A DNA stretch of 64,000 nucleotides, taken from a virus. Lineage: Duplodnaviria; Caudoviricetes. This document shows, one piece after another, positions 62,101-64,000 of this stretch. Below the pieces are notes generated by a model, which made no database searches, was not told where the DNA came from, and saw only the letters and a list, made by a program, of their open reading frames with translations. The DNA is taken from positions 1,868 through 65,867 of the IMG/VR virus record IMGVR_UViG_3300046463_000715, one strand, 5' to 3'. Each line of letters starts with the position of its first letter. The first letter of the stretch is position 1. The translations under genes were made by a program, and so were the position numbers.

Positions 62101-64000
62101 GATGGCGTTTTTCTTTTCGTTGCCGATGCCGGTGTCTCCTGAGAGACCCTGCTTATGGTTGTCCAAATACTTTGCGACGTCGTCTTTGAATTCTTTGACG
62201 TTGCCGTCCCACAGGTCGAGGCTGAGGTCACCGTGACGACCGGCCCACACCTGGGCCTTGTCATTAAATGCACCGAGGCTGTAGTTGCGGACCAAAATAT
62301 TCCCGGCCTTGTCGACGTGAAAGTTGATAGGCAGAAATTGTTTGTGCTGCGCCGAGACGTTGCCGGTGTCGCGAGACACAGAACCTTTCCAGTCCGGACC
62401 TTCGCCAATTTGCTGATACCAGCCCTGGCGCGCTTCGCCGTTCGCGATGGCGCTCTCCAGGTCATGGGCCTTGGCTTTTGTGTCGTCGTTAATCGTGCGG
62501 AGCTTGTCGAAGTCCGCACCGAGCGTGGTGCCGCTGCGTTCCGAGAGACCCGAGGGGGTCTTGCGCCATTGCAGTTTCGGGTCCTGCGTAAGCGGGGCCT
62601 CAGTTTGAGGTAGAGGATACGCAGCGTTCACCTCGGCTCGACGGCTTGCGACGATTTTGCGGATGTCCTTTTTCGGACGTGCCGTGGCCTGCCCAGAAGC
62701 AGACTGGGACATAAAGTCGTTACCCAGTTCGCCGTTCGGCAGAACGTGGACCGGCGCGCCTGGGTGATTGCCCAAGGTCTCGGGAGTAATCTTCACACCC
62801 TGCGGCTCGGGCTCGTCGATACCAGGACGGTGCTCCTTCATCGCTCTGAGCAAAGAGTAGGTCGACTTGCGGAGCTCGGGGCTCGTGATTGTGTCTTCGA
62901 AGTTCGGGAGGATGGTCCTGCCGTTCTGACCTTCGTTGAACTTCACACCGAGGCCTTCGAGCAAGTTCTTGCTGCCCTGGACAACTCGGGACGACAGAGA
63001 AGGGTCGATGATGTCGGTGACGAGGTTCTTGCCCTTCATCGCTTTCATACCGGCCTCCGCCATGAGCTCAGAATAAATCCAGTGGTTCGGGTCGCTGTGA
63101 ATTGCCTGGGAGCCTTTGTCCATGCGGTCAATGTATTGGGTGACAGCGCGGTCGAAGTCGTCTCGGTTGGTGAAGCCCTTCTCGCCTACGATTTGTTCGA
63201 CGTAGTCGCGCTTCGCTTGGTCGAGCGTTTTTCCAGTGCGCTGAAGAGAAGAATCAATTTGCGCCTTAAGCTCCGGGCGATTCGCGACCACAGAATCGAA
63301 GAGAGGATGGGTGAGCTCATGCAAAAGGGTTGTGTCGGCTCCTCGGCCAGAGTCGGCATTCAGATAAATTGTTCTAGCGGTCGGGTCCCAGAAACCAGCC
63401 GATTGCGCCGAGGCATCCGACTTGGTCGCTTGTTCAGCAAACTGTCCGCTCTCTCCATCGAGGAACCGGACCTTGACATCACCGAACATTTTCTGCGCAG
63501 CGGCAGCGTTCATCATCGTCGAGTCATCAACTTTCTTGAGGGTTTCGGGCGACACACCTTCGCTGACGTGCTGGTGATAGAGCTCAGCAGCAGCGTCTGA
63601 CATCTTCTGCATGACACGGGCTCTGTTCTGCGCCGGTAAGGTCAGAGCACGAGCGGCTCCGCCGAACCCGCCCATCTGTCCAACGCTCTGTCCAAACTCT
63701 TCGGGGGTGTCGGCATTAGCAGAACCGAGAGCGGCTCCGATAGCTGCGCCGTGAAGGGTGCCAGCGGCGACATCGCCAACTGCGCGAACGGCAGGGGCTG
63801 CGGCTTTGACTAGGCGAGAGGACGCAGCGTAGCGCATCCACTCCGGGGCATCAGAATCTTTCGCCAGGGCAGCGAGACGACCAAAAGGATTGTTGCGGTC
63901 GGCCTCGGCCAAGGCCACAGAAGCCTCACCAGCACCCTGCAAAGCTTTACCAGCGCGCTTTGCGCCTTCGAGACCGGCCATAACCATTTCAGGTGCTCCG
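59200..64000 (-). CDS. large multidomain internal virion (polyvalent) protein, 5'-truncated
   Basis: frame open to the window edge; zincin HELTH, several globular domains separated by SPDL linkers. Confidence 0.75.
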   Translation of the reverse strand, partial: GAPEMVMAGLEGAKRAGKALQGAGEASVALAEADRNNPFGRLAALAKDSDAPEWMRYAASSRLVKAAAPAVRAVGDVAAGTLHGAAIGAALGSANADTPEEFGQSVGQMGGFGGAARALTLPAQNRARVMQKMSDAAAELYHQHVSEGVSPETLKKVDDSTMMNAAAAQKMFGDVKVRFLDGESGQFAEQATKSDASAQSAGFWDPTARTIYLNADSGRGADTTLLHELTHPLFDSVVANRPELKAQIDSSLQRTGKTLDQAKRDYVEQIVGEKGFTNRDDFDRAVTQYIDRMDKGSQAIHSDPNHWIYSELMAEAGMKAMKGKNLVTDIIDPSLSSRVVQGSKNLLEGLGVKFNEGQNGRTILPNFEDTITSPELRKSTYSLLRAMKEHRPGIDEPEPQGVKITPETLGNHPGAPVHVLPNGELGNDFMSQSASGQATARPKKDIRKIVASRRAEVNAAYPLPQTEAPLTQDPKLQWRKTPSGLSERSGTTLGADFDKLRTINDDTKAKAHDLESAIANGEARQGWYQQIGEGPDWKGSVSRDTGNVSAQHKQFLPINFHVDKAGNILVRNYSLGAFNDKAQVWAGRHGDLSLDLWDGNVKEFKDDVAKYLDNHKQGLSGDTGIGNEKKNAINAFLVGKNVTWEKANPLRAGMRGSDAQGIVRSYRMDRMETLAPHETEFSKPDYSKQVKNLSPDLKKPIEVTGPDGKKYKATYDGDQDFSAIGKGKVPQITMLDEAPGFTKHTTTYGPSLESKGYKFELPKAEAPKVEAAAAAPSADLQKMKRGAKEIYGASLPESAPQLSPDLTHWSQEEGLKTLDPEKHGTGLLGAEAKRMRDYPELYQPRTYFGMKGYEKEPGLGENKYKAKVPAKALYDFESDPKGLYPGREELEKSGFAPFDQRAAVTLFEKKIKDAGYEGYVNKSAKVAAKFTPTDVTPSQSPDLPREMPDDKSLDRYASRIAALTEKNGGASFDVTSGKAPTKGFATSLYPDRTQLVEKGELTPEAIKGFAQKNADLLAQPDHVIGTWNDKESGKTYLDVSYIAPNENIAKHAAEMFNQKAYWDIKGQQEVKTSGNGEPMENMPPALERVPQAKASFNKTQELPQGEVRGPVAAALPEGTDNSKGRVRTVQESQHLSLDAIKAAPDMEGYRKKVVEQFRTQPGFRDIDGSDTNKAIDEINNRVQHNLQFLFDRATPEDRALWKQWYDFAHDMSHRWGKEYGVHGDVVSAINARLSPQMEWNNNVTLTRRALDTIKKDPTVTQADLEFLKAKITKPESTEEAPRTTQSLNLENKQLEALAGMKVGDKMSELDTLQAGMFMRSHNELYAARSPLHDHNLKRIPGDYLKWSKPFQDLADVVDIYRNPSFENVNKLLGGNHKVRSFYNNHVDPSSPLWTTIDTHATAAGNLYPYGGSDKAVTSNFGNPNHKNTGINGVYPVYQDAYEKVAQKNGILPRELQSIVWEQMRKELNPAAKRMVQDAQKKAFEKGSVGPFETIWAKAEKGEITRDEAQKQLVAEFEKWNSKANHGAAAAKRAAAEATSENQQELVTSEEIARMKREFESAKKRGNGPLPQRLPSPPKAEEPAPKLINYRARRLPEEPF

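Overview
The window looks like a near-complete, probably circularly permuted genome of a podovirus-like dsDNA phage. No integrase, repressor, CRISPR array or reverse transcriptase was seen, so it is probably lytic. Minus strand 1-22 kb and 59.2-64 kb carry packaging and virion genes: TerL, portal, scaffold, major capsid, tail tubular A/B, fibres, and internal/ejection proteins including a multidomain protein of >1595 aa. Minus strand 22-39 kb carries small accessory genes, a tRNA-Met(CAT), a TerS-like gene beside a non-coding pac/terminus-like region, an Rnl2-type RNA ligase and a CCA/poly(A)-polymerase-type nucleotidyltransferase. Plus strand 39-58 kb carries a PRTase, HNH-AP2, HD hydrolase, SF2 helicase, Cas4-like nuclease, SSB, primase-helicase, a glycosyltransferase-like gene, PolA, a phosphoesterase, a dNTP diphosphohydrolase, a holin and a spanin-like lipoprotein. 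The most striking unannotated signals are two clusters of structured non-coding RNAs (39.2-39.65 kb and 24.9-25.13 kb) that include two CCA-less tRNA mimics with grossly extended arms, in a genome that also encodes RNA ligase and nucleotidyltransferase; a conserved 31-bp palindromic element upstream of several promoters; and many sigma70-type promoters positioned for leaderless mRNAs. All protein calls come from motif recognition and synteny, and RNA structures from manual base-pairing. No searches were run.
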